A stretch of DNA of 64,000 bases, from contig NC_043014.1 of NCBI RefSeq assembly GCF_006345805.1, forward strand, positions 4,836,001-4,900,000, given 5' to 3'. A program made the translations under genes and the position numbers. Origin of the DNA: Octopus sinensis (taxonomy: Eukaryota). Below the pieces are notes generated by a model that ran no database searches, had not been told where the DNA came from, and saw nothing but the letters and a program-made list of their open reading frames with translations. This document shows positions 1-12,943 of this stretch, one piece after another (the first letter of the stretch is position 1; every line of letters starts with the position of its first letter).

Positions 1-460
1 CCTGGGGCATGTTGCGGATGGTTTACCTGGAAGGTGAGTTTAATGGGCAAATACTGGTTGCCATAAAGTACATATATGGATGTTCAAATGTTTGTATTTA
101 TGCAAAAGTCGAAAGTTTTCAACATGAAGGTTTCCCTTAGTTGAAATGTGCCATGATAGTGCCCCTTCTCACATTGTTTTTTGTGATCTGGTTGAATATG
201 CGCAGCCATTGTAGTAGAGGTATCCCAATTCATCTCTACGTGATCGATCGACTGTTATTTATAGACGATATGCTGCTACCTGATTCGTCTGATGGCCACC
301 AACAACGTGCACCGAATGTGTTGGCTGACGAGTACCCCAAGGCAGGGTTGACAAATACGGGTCTCTATTCACGAATGATTGGAAGCACAAGACTGGACAG
401 AATGCTGAATTGAAGATATAAACGAAGTGAAGTGCCAACTCAGGCATCTGATTCTCAGAT
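1..460 (+). mobile_element. Degraded RTE-type LINE RT fragment (gene A intron)
   Basis: LLFIDDMLL..S..QQ..L..EY.KAG resembles RTE RT LLFADD region; many stops. Confidence 0.65.
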
Positions 461-727
461 GAAGAGGTCTTGGTACAATTATCGACGTATCACTGCATAT
501 ATACTCATATACACTCAATAAATGGCATAGTATATTAGAATAACATTTTATTTAGGAATTTATTGTAATGTAGAATATATTTTAAAATAAATACAGGCAA
601 GTGTCTTAGTATATATTATTGTGGACATATGGATAATAATGTGGAACTAATTCAAAGTTGGTAAAATTGTAAACCATTAGTTAAGGAGACACGGGTAAAA
701 GACTTTAGCCATAATACTAGTTCTTAC

Positions 728-779
728 TTGGCGTGTCATCAGGCTTATCGTCGAGAGATTTCTTGGATATGAAACGGTT
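728..779 (-). CDS. Gene A exon 2 (NRFISKKSLDDKPDDTP)
   Basis: Acceptor ttctattttttcacag, donor gtaaga; 52 nt, phase 0 to 1; differences between copies fall at third codon positions of this frame. Confidence 0.8.
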
Positions 780-884
780 CTGTGAAAAAATAGAAATTGC
801 CTCATATAAATAGAACTTCAGGGTATTTATTATCGTTTAGAACTTAAAACAATGCAATAGATGTCAACATATTCGGACAGGTAT

Positions 885-1255
885 CATTGACAACACTACC
901 ATCTCAACCCATTAGGAATCTTCTAGAAGGCGCTTCCATCCAGTCAAAGGATTTTCTGAACAATATCAGACAATACAACTCTGCATTTCAAATGACATCG
1001 TTTGGTGAATCTAAGAAGATAGATAAACATGAATTTACGCCGACGTCAAAGTTCAAGGGCAAGTGTATCCCCTCATTGGTTCTCTGGTACCCGCGAATGA
1101 ACAACTACAGTTCCTCCAAATTTGCTCTATGAGTGATGTAGGACAACAAACCCGACGTGAAGTCTCAGAATTTCCGATGATGGGTCGTGTTAGACACAGC
1201 GCACACTGCTGCAATGGAGAATATATCCACTGACGCATTTTTGGTGCGTTCAAAA
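885..1255 (+). mobile_element. Helitron RepHel N-terminal fragment
   Basis: P..LLEG...SKDFLNNIRQYNSAFQMTSFG, then (frameshift) KVQGQVY.LIGSL.P...QFLQI; I recognise this as the Helitron N-terminal region. Confidence 0.75.
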
Positions 1256-1520
1256 ATCACACAAACCCCACCTCCAATTTTGCATGACAGGTTAGGGCCT
1301 GAAACACTCGAAACAGACGCATAGCATGTTGCTTAGTCGAATTAGCCCAGCATTTACTCTACAACTGTTTTGTTGTCAATGTTGCACTTTCCCATATCAC
1401 CTGTTTCAAAATGACTCGAATATATTATATACCAACTTTGCCATTTTAATCCCCAGCAATGTCGGGTATGTCTGCAATTACAAACACACACAGACACACA
1501 CACATACACACACATATTTC

Positions 1521-1573
<53 letters not shown>

Positions 1574-1599
1574 ACACACACACATATGTATGTATATAG

Positions 1600-1870
1600 T
1601 TAAATTTAATCCAAACAAGAAAGCACAAAAAAACACAACAATGCGGGGACGTGGACAAATATAGTATTATTGGACGCTCAGGAAAAAGGAAAGAAGGAGG
1701 GTTTAACGTTTCGACCGAAGCTCTTCGTCGGATACATACGAGAAGGAAAGATCCAGAGGAGGGAAGACAGAGGAAAAAACATCGGTACATACGCGTCACA
1801 TTTTGAATGACCGGAAAGAAATGGGTGAATAAAAGTTCTTTCAAAGACAGGAGAGTGGTAGAGGAGGAGG
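1600..1870 (-). mobile_element. Short PLE pseudo-LTR-like repeat with hammerhead-like motif (paralogs ~12950-13230, 33230-33400, 47055-47335, 63770-64000)
   Basis: Abuts (TA)n tracts; contains CCGACGA-A-stem-GAAACGTY on the minus strand. Confidence 0.5.
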
Positions 1871-2807
1871 AATGTGTGTGTAAGTGTGGATAAGAGCGTA
1901 TGCGGAGGTCTGCGTGTGCGTGTGTGTGTCTGTGTGTATGTGTGCAATGATTACACGTGTGTCTGTGTGTGGTTGCGTGTTGTAGGGTTAGTAGTGTTAA
2001 GGTCAAGGAAGAAGGAATTGGGCGTGGCTCCTTTTGTCTCTACCACAGGTCAAGTAGTAGGTACCGTTAGTGTGAAGTTTGTGTGTGTGTGCGTGTATGT
2101 ATATGTATCATGTGTGTGTTTTGTTTGTAGTGTGTGTGTGTATGTATGTGTGTCTTCGTGTGTGTATGCGTAGAGTTTGGGTGTGTGGCGAATAACTCTC
2201 CTTTACTTAGTGCATGTGTGCGTGTGTGCTTCTATGTATAATTGTGTGCGTGTATGTATAATTGTGTGCCGTGTGTATGGGATGTATGTGTGGGTTCATT
2301 TGTGTGTGTGTGTGTGTGTGTGTATATGTATGTGCGAGCGTGTGTCTTATGTGCGTGTACGTGTGCGTTTGTATGTGTTTATGTAAGCGTGTATAGGTGT
2401 ATATACGTGTATCCGCAGTGTTGTGAGTTTTGGGTGTGTGCATTCGTGTGCGTGTGTGCGTGCATATGTGTGCGCATGATTTTGCGTGCGTGTGTGTGTG
2501 TGTGCTGTGTCTATATGTGTATACGTATGTGTATGTGTGTGTGGGCGTGTAGGCATATATTGTGTGTATGTATATGTATTTGTGTGGATGTGAATTTGTG
2601 CATGCGTGTGTGTGTGTGTGGGTTTTTGGAGTTCTGTGCGCTTAAGTGCGTGTATGTGCGTGTGTGTCTGTGCCCATGTGTGTATAATTGTGTGCGTATG
2701 TGTATTGTGTGTTGGAGGTACATTTGGGCATCTGTGCTGGTGTGTGCGTATGTACGTGGGTATGTGTGTGTGCGTGTTTTGTGTGCATATGATACATATA
2801 TATATAT

Positions 2808-3111
2808 CTCCGTGATCACCGTGACCGACCAGGCTATCAGTTGTAACTACACATCGCTGGTCACAATGCGCTTCGCATTCTTTTAGGCTTCAAATAACGC
2901 CACCCCGCGGGTTAAGCGAGCAGGCCAACAGAAGAAAGGGAAAAAAGTTGTAGCGAAAGAGCACAGCAGAGCTCACCACAACCCCGCCGGAGCGTCGTGG
3001 AGCTTTAGGTGTTTTCGCTCAATAAACACTCACAACGCCCGGTCTGGGAACCGAAACCGCGATCCTACAACCGTGACTCCGTTGCCCTAACCACTGGACC
3101 ACTGCGCCTCC
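2808..3111 (-). mobile_element. tRNA-derived SINE (paralogs 14039-14325, 26983-27286, 48139-48426; partial + strand head ~32627-32690)
   Basis: Head GGAGGCGCAGTGGTCCAGTGGTTAGG...GGTTTCGGTTCCC with A/B-box-like motifs; not a foldable tRNA. Confidence 0.75.
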
Positions 3112-3845
3112 ACACGCAAGCACACACATCACACATAAACATATAAAAATATAAATACATATCAATATATAGGTATACACGTACACATAAGCATACACAC
3201 CATAAAGATCACAAATAGACGTATCTACTTATACGCATACACACACACAAACGCACACATATATGTGAGTGGACATACACTGTATAGTGTGATTGTTCGT
3301 GTACAATTGAGCACGTGTGTCTGTGTGCGTGCGTATGTGTGTGTGTTTGTGTTTATTTGTGCGTGTGTTTGTCCGTGTGTCTGTGTGTATGTATTTACAT
3401 TCGTTCTTACATATTGTCATATATAAAAACCAACGTGAATTACAGTCAAACGTTACGAAATTCACCGATCTACATTGGCACTCGCACGTTTTATTTTCAG
3501 TTGGAAAGGAAAGATTCAAAAAAACTCGCCTCACTTCCGTTCCCGATGGAGAGAAATAGATAAATGTGTGTAAATATGTACGTATTCCTATGTGTGCGTG
3601 TGTGTGTGTTTGTATGTGTCTGTTTCTGTGCGTGTGCGCAAGTGTACATCTAGATATAATACTTAACACTAATATTAATAGGGCTAACCGTTGCAGCGAC
3701 AGGGCATGGCCATGCTAGAACCCCACCATTAGATATTTTTCATTACGCACTTATTTCCCTCTCCAGGATTATGTCTGGTGAAAGAGCGATCGGACAGGAG
3801 TACAATTCCACTCTTCTTTGTGTTTACTTAGGATGTGTGTATATG

Positions 3846-4015
<170 letters not shown>

Positions 4016-4099
4016 GGTCCCGGGTTGATTCGGGGTTAACCACAGTAAATAAGGTACTCAATACATAGCAGAGTAAAATTAATTTATTATATAGAAGGA

Positions 4100-4148
4100 G
4101 CTTCTACAGGACTAGAACTGTTTCATTCAAGAGAAATCTTCAGGAAGC
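4100..4148 (-). ncRNA. Type I hammerhead ribozyme motif
   Basis: GCTTC-CTGAAGA-TTTCTCTTGAAT-GAA-ACAG(ttctagtc)CTGT-A-GAAGC: 5-bp stem I, core, 4-bp stem III, GUA triplet; stem II closes with U.U. Confidence 0.7.
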
Positions 4149-4154
4149 CCTGAA

Positions 4155-4203
4155 GCTTCCTGAAGATTTCTCTTGAATGAAACAGTTCTAGTCCTGTAGA
4201 CGC
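4155..4203 (+). ncRNA. Mirror-image hammerhead motif (one stem I mismatch)
   Basis: Same core on + strand, ending CTGT-A-GACGC. Confidence 0.55.
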
Positions 4204-4389
4204 TCCTTCTATATAATAAATATATATATATATAGATAGATAGATAGATAGATAGATAAAAAGATAGATAGATAAATAGATAGATAGATAGATATGTAGA
4301 TAGATAGATAGATAGATATGTATGTACATACATACGTTACTATATATGTGTGTATGTATATATGATATGTATATATATATATATATAGA

Positions 4390-4427
<38 letters not shown>

Positions 4428-4479
4428 GCACACATAGTGTGTATGGATCAATGTTTTATGTGTGTCCGTTATTGTCGCA

Positions 4480-4660
4480 CCACTATCGATTCTCAACTGA
4501 TGTCGGTGTGTTTACGACCCTGTTACTTAGCGGTTCGGCTAGAAATACCGGTAGAATGAGCAATAGGCTTACAAAGAATAATTCCTGAAGTCGATTTGTT
4601 CTACTGAACGCAGTGCTCTAGCATGGCCGCAGTCAAATGACTGAAACGGGTAAAAGAATA
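4480..4660 (-). mobile_element. SINE-type repeat (paralogs ~15380-15562, 35550-35735, 49715-49897)
   Basis: tttcagtcatttgactgcggccatgctagagcac... family; same family on + strand at 58930. Confidence 0.7.
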
Positions 4661-4670
4661 TATTTATATA

Positions 4671-4707
<37 letters not shown>

Positions 4708-5170
4708 ACACACACACATATATATATATAGATAAATAGAGAGAGAGAGATAGACAGAGAGATAGACAGAGAGAGAGAGAGAGATAGACAGAGAGATACA
4801 GTGATAGATACACACACGCATATATTTGTTTGTATATATATATCTATAGATGTTCAGGCACTAATATATTCATATATATGTATATTTATATATACATATA
4901 TATGTATATTATATATACAAATATATGTATAAGTATATATATGTATGTTTAGGTGTGTGCGCCTGTGTGTTCGTGTGTGATCTTATGTGTGTGTGTGTGC
5001 TTCATAGGAACATATATACGTGATTCATGCATACATCCTTACATCCATCCATCCATCCGTACGTACATACATCCACATATTAATTCATACATACGTAAAT
5101 GCATATATACATACATGCATTTATAAATACATAAAGACATACATATATTAACACAAAATCCATGACTTAC

Positions 5171-5314
5171 CGTTTTCGATTTCTCTTCCATTTTTCCTAT
5201 TCTTGAATCTTGATGAAGAAGCACGATCGTCAGAACGAGAAGAACCCCAAAACCTATGAGAGAAGAAATGGAATAACGCTGCGAAATATTCCTGGACAGT
5301 TGTGCTAAATCCAT
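5171..5314 (-). CDS. Gene A exon 1: N-terminal tail + TM helix (MDLAQLSRNISQRYSISSLIGFGVLLVLTIVLLHQDSRIGKMEEKSKT)
   Basis: ATG in ccagaATGG context; hydrophobic stretch of about 19 aa; phase-0 donor ACG|gtaagt; conserved in 4 copies. Confidence 0.8.
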
Positions 5315-5398
5315 TCTGGTGACAGTTGTCGGCCGTAAGTGATCCTTCGTGTGGCTTCAACAAAAGATCGAGATGCGAGGTTTAAGCTGAAGACCTGT

Positions 5399-5483
5399 AA
5401 CTGAATTCCACGTATTTATTGAGCGCACAACAACCCAGCTCTGGCATAGATCTTATCGTAAATTTATGAACCAATGCGATTGG
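5399..5483 (-). promoter_or_regulatory. Candidate core promoter of gene A (also upstream of B, C, D)
   Basis: TCAGTT Inr-like motif at 5399-5404 (minus) and an inverted CCAAT pair ccaatgcgattgg at 5471-5483, conserved upstream of all four exon 1 copies; motif match only. Confidence 0.35.
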
Positions 5484-5729
5484 TGGAACTGTAAAAGCGG
5501 GTGTGAACTTGTCTGACAGGTTTAATTATTGGAAAGAGATGGTTTGATATTGTCACACAATAATTAGCAAAATATTTTGATGAATGAGAGACACGTGTAA
5601 AGTGAAATGATTCCTCTGTCTGGATATATTATGATATATTTATTTACTAATGTTGTTATTTAATTTTATTTGTTATTATTGGGAAACTGTTTTAATATTC
5701 ACTGTGGGAATTATTTCGTTCAATCAACA

Positions 5730-6427
5730 AATACACAGACACAAAGACACACATACACACACACTCACACACACACACTGACACACACACTGATACACAA
5801 ACACACACTGACACACAATGACACACACACTGAGAAACACACACACTGACACACACACACACACGCACACACACACACACACCGATACACACACACTGAC
5901 AAACAGACATACACACTGACACACACACACACACACACACACTGACATACACACATACACACTGACACACACACTGACATATACACACACACACTGACAC
6001 ACACACACACACTGACATACACACACACACACACACTGACACACACACACACACTAACATACACACACACACGCACACACACGCTGTTACACATACACAC
6101 ACTGACATACACACACACACACACACTCACACACACACACACACACTCACACACACACACACACACACACACACTGACATACTCAAACACACATACACAC
6201 TGAAACACACACACACATTCACATACACACAATTCTCACACACATTCACACACACACACATGCACTGACACACACACACACATACACACTGATATACACA
6301 CACACACACTGACACACACACTCACACACACTGACCCACAAACCGTGACTCACACACACTGACACTCACACTGACACACACACACGCTGACACACACACA
6401 CACACACATACACACACATGGACACAT

Positions 6428-6470
<43 letters not shown>
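5730..6470. repeat. Compound (CA)n/cactga tract upstream of exon 1 (paralogs 16630-17007, 36750-37211, 50910-51595, 55970-56510)
   Basis: Low-complexity CA repeat of variable length in each unit. Confidence 0.9.
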
Positions 6471-6472
<2 letters not shown>

Positions 6473-8161
6473 CATACACACAAATATACGGGAAAATGCG
6501 GGCACGTACGAGCGACCGCAGTTACTGTTGGGGCACAAGGTTGAAGTCAACTCCTCTAGCGAAGTATTTATCAAAGTGAAATACCGAAGGTAGGTAACTC
6601 ACGACAGACTACAGCCTGGCGCTCTAATGGCGTCACTTACTCGTTGTTGTTGACTATGTTTAAGTTAAAGCTATGGCTTTAAGTTTGTCCAGATATTCCC
6701 CTCTTCGGTATTTTCTTTTGATAACGGCTGAACTGGAACCCGATAGGGAGCAGCACTGGACTGATATGCTGTTCTTGCAGCTTTTTGCACAGAATTTGCC
6801 TTTAGAGTTTGAAATATGCCACTAGCACATTTTAACGAACCTAAAAATTGCTTATGCCTAATACTGAGCGCTAATACTGTTCACTGGAAACGCCATGTTG
6901 AATGTTTCCATATATTCATTTGTCAATTTGCATTTCGGGCTTTCATATTACTTAATTATTATTCTTTTTCTCTAGCTTTTTCACAATCGAGCATTCTTAT
7001 GGCACGCAATTAATCGGACAAAAAACGTGCTGCCACCCACAGATCCCTCTTTCCAGGGATACCTTCGTTTATGTGGCAGCCATTCTACAAACTCCCACAT
7101 ACAAGGAGCAATCATGCTGGGTAGAGTGTGAAAGACTCAACATGTTGCACTGATTCCACCTAATGTATATTTTATAAGTCGTCTTCCTTTCCTTACTAAG
7201 TCGTTTATGTGTGTTACAGTTATTGTATGCATGTATCTCGAAGCAAGTTCCTCTTCTGCGAGTTTGATAGTTTTATGTTACAGACGGAGATAATTTGTTG
7301 AACTTGATGTTTTGTGGTGTTGCTGTAGATTCGGTTGATGCTGTTCCTGAGGTGTACTCATATTTCTTGGTGGTTTCATATTTTATTTAGGCACATCAGT
7401 GTTCAGGGAACGATGAGAGGCTGCGTGTGTAATGTGACGCCAGGCTGTGTGTGTGATTTTTGTAGAAAAGCGGGAATATGTGAATGTAGGTTGAAAATAG
7501 TTCATCGTTGGACGTGTACTTGTACCCTTTTCGAAAGTTTTTCGTGAAAACTTCAATGTGTTAGAAACCTGACAAGTAGTTAGGTAGTCAACATTTTGTG
7601 GTATTTCTTCAGTGGATATCAAATATCCTTTATTAGGTAATATCCGCGATTGGATTGCAGAGCTTTCATCGCATCGATTGTAGTTACAATGATACGTATG
7701 GGAGTATTTTTTTTATTAAACCATCATGATTTAGTGACGTTAGTTATTAGCTTTTATCGTGTTTTCTGAAGATTGATCATGAAAGGGAGATATATTTGTA
7801 CGGAGGTGCTTCTTTTGGGGATTGGTTTCATTTTAAGACGGAATACAACACACATTTAAACGAATCATTATTTTATTTCAACATTTAAATTTGATAAACT
7901 GAACCTCATACAATGTATTCTAGAATCATTCCCTGGGGATTACATCGTTCTGTTAAGCTATTTGTAACATTCTATGACGTCTCTGTTGTTTCGTTTTGAA
8001 TATTTTCTGAAAACTTGTAGCAGCAATTTATTTAACGACATATATTAGTCGGAGAAAATAGTGCGAAACACAATTACAAGAAACGTATGTGTTGCTTTAT
8101 TATATTTTATTTTATGATTCGCCAACATAAATTTTCATATAGAAACGAATGTAAATTCGAT

Positions 8162-8661
8162 TCAGTATTTACTGCACACAACGCAGGTTAATTCTCGACC
8201 TTTGACATACGGTGGACATGGCAATGAACCACAAGCAGTCTGAACGAAATACAGTAGAGCTCCGTTTTCGTTCCTGTAACCTGCTGGATCAGCTTCTGGT
8301 GCATAGTCCACACACACATATTCATGTCTGCCCTTATGATCATAACGCTCGGTCATCAAATATCCTGAATACTCAGCTGTCCAACCAGGGTAACACTTTG
8401 TTCTGGCTGGTAACATCATAACAACAGCAGGTTGTCGTGTCAAACAGACAGCGCACGGAACGTTGTGTTCAAAAATTGATTCAGCGTTAGCAAATGAAAA
8501 GAGTTTATACGTTGGGTATAAATCTAATTGATATTCACTGCCATAAATGTAACCACCTATTTCAACTTCTGTAGTATAATTTGCCCAAATGGGATCATTA
8601 GGCAGACATAAGAGATTACTTCCGCCACCTGTGTGGTCATAATATTGTCCACCAGCCACAC
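8162..8661 (-). CDS. Gene B exon 4: short-chain collagen C4-like Cys-rich domain
   Basis: Acceptor ttcttaccaattatag|GT, phase 1; motifs GGGSNLLCLP, PCAVC, GWTAEYSGYLM, YVCVD, CGSLPCPPY, ELTCVVCSK; TGA stop; AATAAA ~50-65 nt downstream. Confidence 0.9.
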
Positions 8662-8880
8662 CTATAATTGGTAAGAATAAATCAAGTAAAAGAGATATTA
8701 AGCAAAATTATATATGAAATAACGGAAACATTCATTACAATTTGACACTTAAAAGAAGTCATGTTTAGTCGCGTGTGAACGAATTGTGGTGTATATATGT
8801 TAGTGTTTATGTAAGTGTAACCTGTGTGTTACTGAATGCTTGAGAACGTAGCTGTGCATTTGCTTTGTCATCATATGTAC

Positions 8881-8964
<84 letters not shown>

Positions 8965-10229
8965 AGGAAGCATCAAGGATCTCCAGATGTAATGCGGTAC
9001 GCTTGTTTCATGCAAATCCAATTATATATATAGATGGAGAAAAAGAAAGATATTTTATAACGCATGCACTCGTGTTTATCCGAAATGGAAAAGATGTTCA
9101 CGTGTGAACGGGGATATTTTGGATGGTGTAAATTGCAGGAGGTTTGAGTAGGACAATACGGAAGACGACGAGATGCAGAGAAGTGGTGGGTAACCGTCGA
9201 TGAAATGTTGTTTAGTCGATAATACGAGAGTCAGTGGCTAAACCTCTCGTGTAGACTCGGACGAATCAGGCTTACAAAGACGTTATGATCACACAGACTT
9301 TTTTTCATGCAATACACAGAAACGAGGTGGGAGGAAAAATTGTGAGGTTCAGTGATGGCGTAGTGCTTAAGATGAAGTAGGCGACCGATAAAGGATACGT
9401 GTAGGGTTTATAGAGAGCAGATTCAGAGCATTTTTAGGAAACGTGAGGTTGATTGGGGAAGAGGTTTGTAGCAGCAATTTTGAATTTGAAGTTTCGGAGT
9501 TACTGTACAAAGATATACTGGCTAATTAATGAGGTGATGTGGTGCATGAAAAGAGCAAGGTTTTAGCAATAGGACGATTTCGGTGAGGCGGAGAAGAATA
9601 GAGGTGCATTCTGTACTCTGTTGTGTTCTCTCACTAATATTTAGTCTCTCTCTATTTTACTTAATGAATACAGTCCTTAGCTTTTTCCATCAGTTACAGT
9701 ATGTGGCTTGTCCAGTCCTCATTCTACAAAACTCAATAGAATAATGATTAAATATTCGCCAGGTGCGAAAATTCATCGGTCAATTACAAAAATCAGTTTG
9801 GTGCTCGGCGCAAATAAGGCCATCATAACTACAATATGAAAATAACAACCATACCGCATCATTTGTCGATTTAGTTAAAAGACATCGCATCCGGATCTCG
9901 AGTAGAGGAGTCCGTTCGATAAATATATTGCACTCCTCATCCAATACGGGTGCAGTCAGCAACTTAGTCTGGGGTGTGTGGGGTGGTAGCACAACATTGA
10001 CGGTCTCAGGAAACCAAAGCAGATCAAGAAGGGAACAAACTTTAATAATTGAGAATTTAACTGTCTGAATTGTTAGATATAATCTGTGTGTAAGATATAA
10101 TCGGTGTCTTCTCTACAAAATTTCGTTTCTCCGATAGCGTACACTTGGATATAGGCTTGAAACCCCACTACGCAACTGTGGTGCCAACAATGTCTGTACA
10201 GGTGGGATTAGGATACTCTCAATCCCCAG

Positions 10230-11800
10230 CTTTCGGATTGTATTATGGAGTGAAACCTACTAGGTGTGAGGGTTCACCTCTTGAAACTAAGGCTGAATAT
10301 AAAGGACAACTGTGGCTGCTGTAAGGATATGCAGCAAACAGCGAGGTCAAATACAAATCCTTCCTAAAAAAATTCACCCCATCTTTAGAAATATTTGGGG
10401 TAAAGTCATTTGTCCTGCAAGGAGACTGCAGTGCACACCTTGGCACTGATAAACGTGAGAAGGATTGATTGGAAGGAATGTCGTCAGTGAACTTAATGGA
10501 CAGGTCATAGCAGCCTTCTGTGCAGGATACACACTCTCCTCTCTATGGTATAGATATTATTTTAAGGCAGGGATATTTATAAGGGTACCTGGTATAGAAA
10601 TACTTGGTGACAGACGTTTTTGATAGTGTTCGGTCATCTTTCACTCTTTGCTGAACGTTCGGGTAAAAGGAGGGGTGGAGTTGTCAACTCGTCACTACCT
10701 AAATGTCTAAAAATCTGAAAATTCCTACGGTCTGCTGAACACTGGAAATTGGTAATTCCAGTGCGACCTACAGAATACAGTTGGAAGCCGCAGATATAAA
10801 ATTGTGGAGTCTTTTGCATCCAAATTGAGAGTGACCCGCCTGAATGAAGTTGGACATCGAAATGGATTCGTGATTGTATTATTATTTTCGTCAGGTTCTT
10901 CTTCGGTTGAACGCTTATTTGAGCTAAACTCACTTAAAAGTGATAAAGCTGCTGGTGAAAAGCACGTTCGGCTTGATATTTTAGAAACCTTGAATTCAGA
11001 TGGTAATCTGTGAGTGACCCATGTACGCTAGGTTGATGGGACCTCTTCAAAAAACACCAAGGCAATGGTAATATGGTGTGATAATCACAATTTTTCAAAC
11101 AGAGACCAAGTAGCGTGTTCTAATTATAGAAAAGCCTACACTAGATGACAGGAAAAGATATTTAGGGAAATTGTCGCGCCCAAGATTACTGTCCTGGACG
11201 CACTACACCCGACCACATAGTCGTTCAAAGACAGATCTTCAAGAAATCGTTGAAGTATTTCCAAGATTTATTCGCTGTAAACCACGAAAATGCACACGAT
11301 CACGTGCCCTGGAGCATGTTACGGATGGTTTACCAGGAAGGTGATTTTAATGGTTGCCATAAAGTACTTATATGGATGTTCAAATGATTGTATTTATGTA
11401 AAAGTCGAAATTTTTCAACGAGAAGGTTTCACTTTGTTGAAGTGTGCATTGTTAGTGCCCCTTCTCACATTCTTTTTGTGATCTGGTTGAATATGCGCAG
11501 CCATTGTGGTAGAGGTATCCCAATCCATCTCTACGTGATCGGTCGACTGTTATTTGTAGACGACATGCTGCTACCTGATTCGTCTGATGGTCACTAACAA
11601 CGTGCATTGAATTGGTTGGCTGCCGAGTACCCAAAGGCAGGATTGACAAATACGCACTGTGTAGGAAAGTGGAACATCATTATTTCGGGTCTCTATTCAC
11701 GAACGATTGGAAGCACAAGAGTGGACAGAATGCTGAATTGTAGATATAAACGCAGTGAAGCGCCAGCTCGGGCATTTGATTCTCAGATGAAGAGTTCTTG
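10230..11800 (+). mobile_element. Degraded RTE-type LINE (APE + RT relic)
   Basis: LQGDCSAHLG (GDFNAHVG-like), VNHENAHDHVP (D.EKAYDRVP-like), AIKYLY, LLFVDDMLL; frameshifted. Confidence 0.7.
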
Positions 11801-12052
11801 GTACAATTATCGACGTAGCACTGCATATATACACATAAACACACAATAAATGGCATAGTATATAAAAGCATTTTATTCAGGATATTGTTGTAAAGTACAA
11901 TATAGTTTGAAATAAATTCAGGCAAGTGTCTTAGTATATATTATTGTGGACATATGGATAGTAATGTGGAACTAATTCAAAGTTGGTGAAATTATAAATC
12001 ATTGGTTAAGGAGACACGGGTAAAAGAAGTTATCTATAAAATTAGTTCTTAC

Positions 12053-12104
12053 TTGGTGTGTCATCAGGTTTATCGTCGAGAGATTTCTTGGAGATGAATC
12101 GTTT
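12053..12104 (-). CDS. Gene B exon 2 (KRFISKKSLDDKPDDTP)
   Basis: cacag acceptor, gtaaga donor; versus gene A four synonymous changes and one N/K change. Confidence 0.8.
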
Positions 12105-12194
12105 CTGTGAAAAAATAGAAATAGCATCATATAAATAGAACTTCAGGGTATTTAGTATCGTTTAGAACTGAAAACAATGCAACATATTTGGACA

Positions 12195-12565
12195 GGTATC
12201 ATTGCCAACACTACCATCTCAACCCCTTAGTAATCTTCTAGAAGGCGCTTCCATCCAGTCAAAGGATTTTCTGAACAATATCAGACAATAAAAATCTGAA
12301 TTTCAAATGACATCCTTTGGTGAATCTAAGAAGATAGATAAACATGAATTTACGCCGACGTCAAAGTTCAAGGCCAAGTCTATCCCCTCATTGGTTCTCT
12401 GGTACCCGCGAATGAACAACCAAAGTTCCTCCAAATTTACTCTATGAGAGATGTAGTGCAACAAACCCGACGTGTCAAAATTTCCGATGATGGGTCGTGC
12501 TAGACACAGCGCACACTGCTGCAAAGGAGAGTATATCCACTGACAGCTTTTCGGTGCGTTCAAAA
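12195..12565 (+). mobile_element. Helitron RepHel fragment, gene B
   Basis: Paralogous to 885-1255, more degraded. Confidence 0.7.
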
Positions 12566-12867
12566 ATCACACAAACCCCACCTCCAATTTTGCATGACAT
12601 GTTAGGGCCTGAAACTCTCCAAACGGACGCAGAGCATGTTGCTTAGTCGAATTAGCCCAGCATTTACTCTACAAATGTTTTGTTGTCAATGTTCCACATT
12701 CCCATATCACCTGTTTCAAAATGAGTGGAATATATTATATACCAGCTTTGCCATTGTAGTCCCCAGCAATGCTGGGTATTTCTGCTAGTAAACACACAGA
12801 CACACACACATACAGACACACACATACACATATACACACACATATTTCTACACATATATATATATCT

Positions 12868-12943
<76 letters not shown>

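Noticed and set aside
3050-3111. tRNA-like sequence
   Set aside because: It is a SINE head with no acceptor stem or anticodon arm, so it is not a tRNA gene.
5148-5363. Alternative frame of exon 1 (MLKPHE...)
   Set aside because: The TM-encoding frame has a good ATG context and its phase-0 end matches the synonymous-biased frame of exon 2; this frame would hit a stop in exon 2.
6568-6723. ~22-bp imperfect inverted repeat in spacer alpha
   Set aside because: Short and degenerate; at most an old MITE, with no TSD recognisable.
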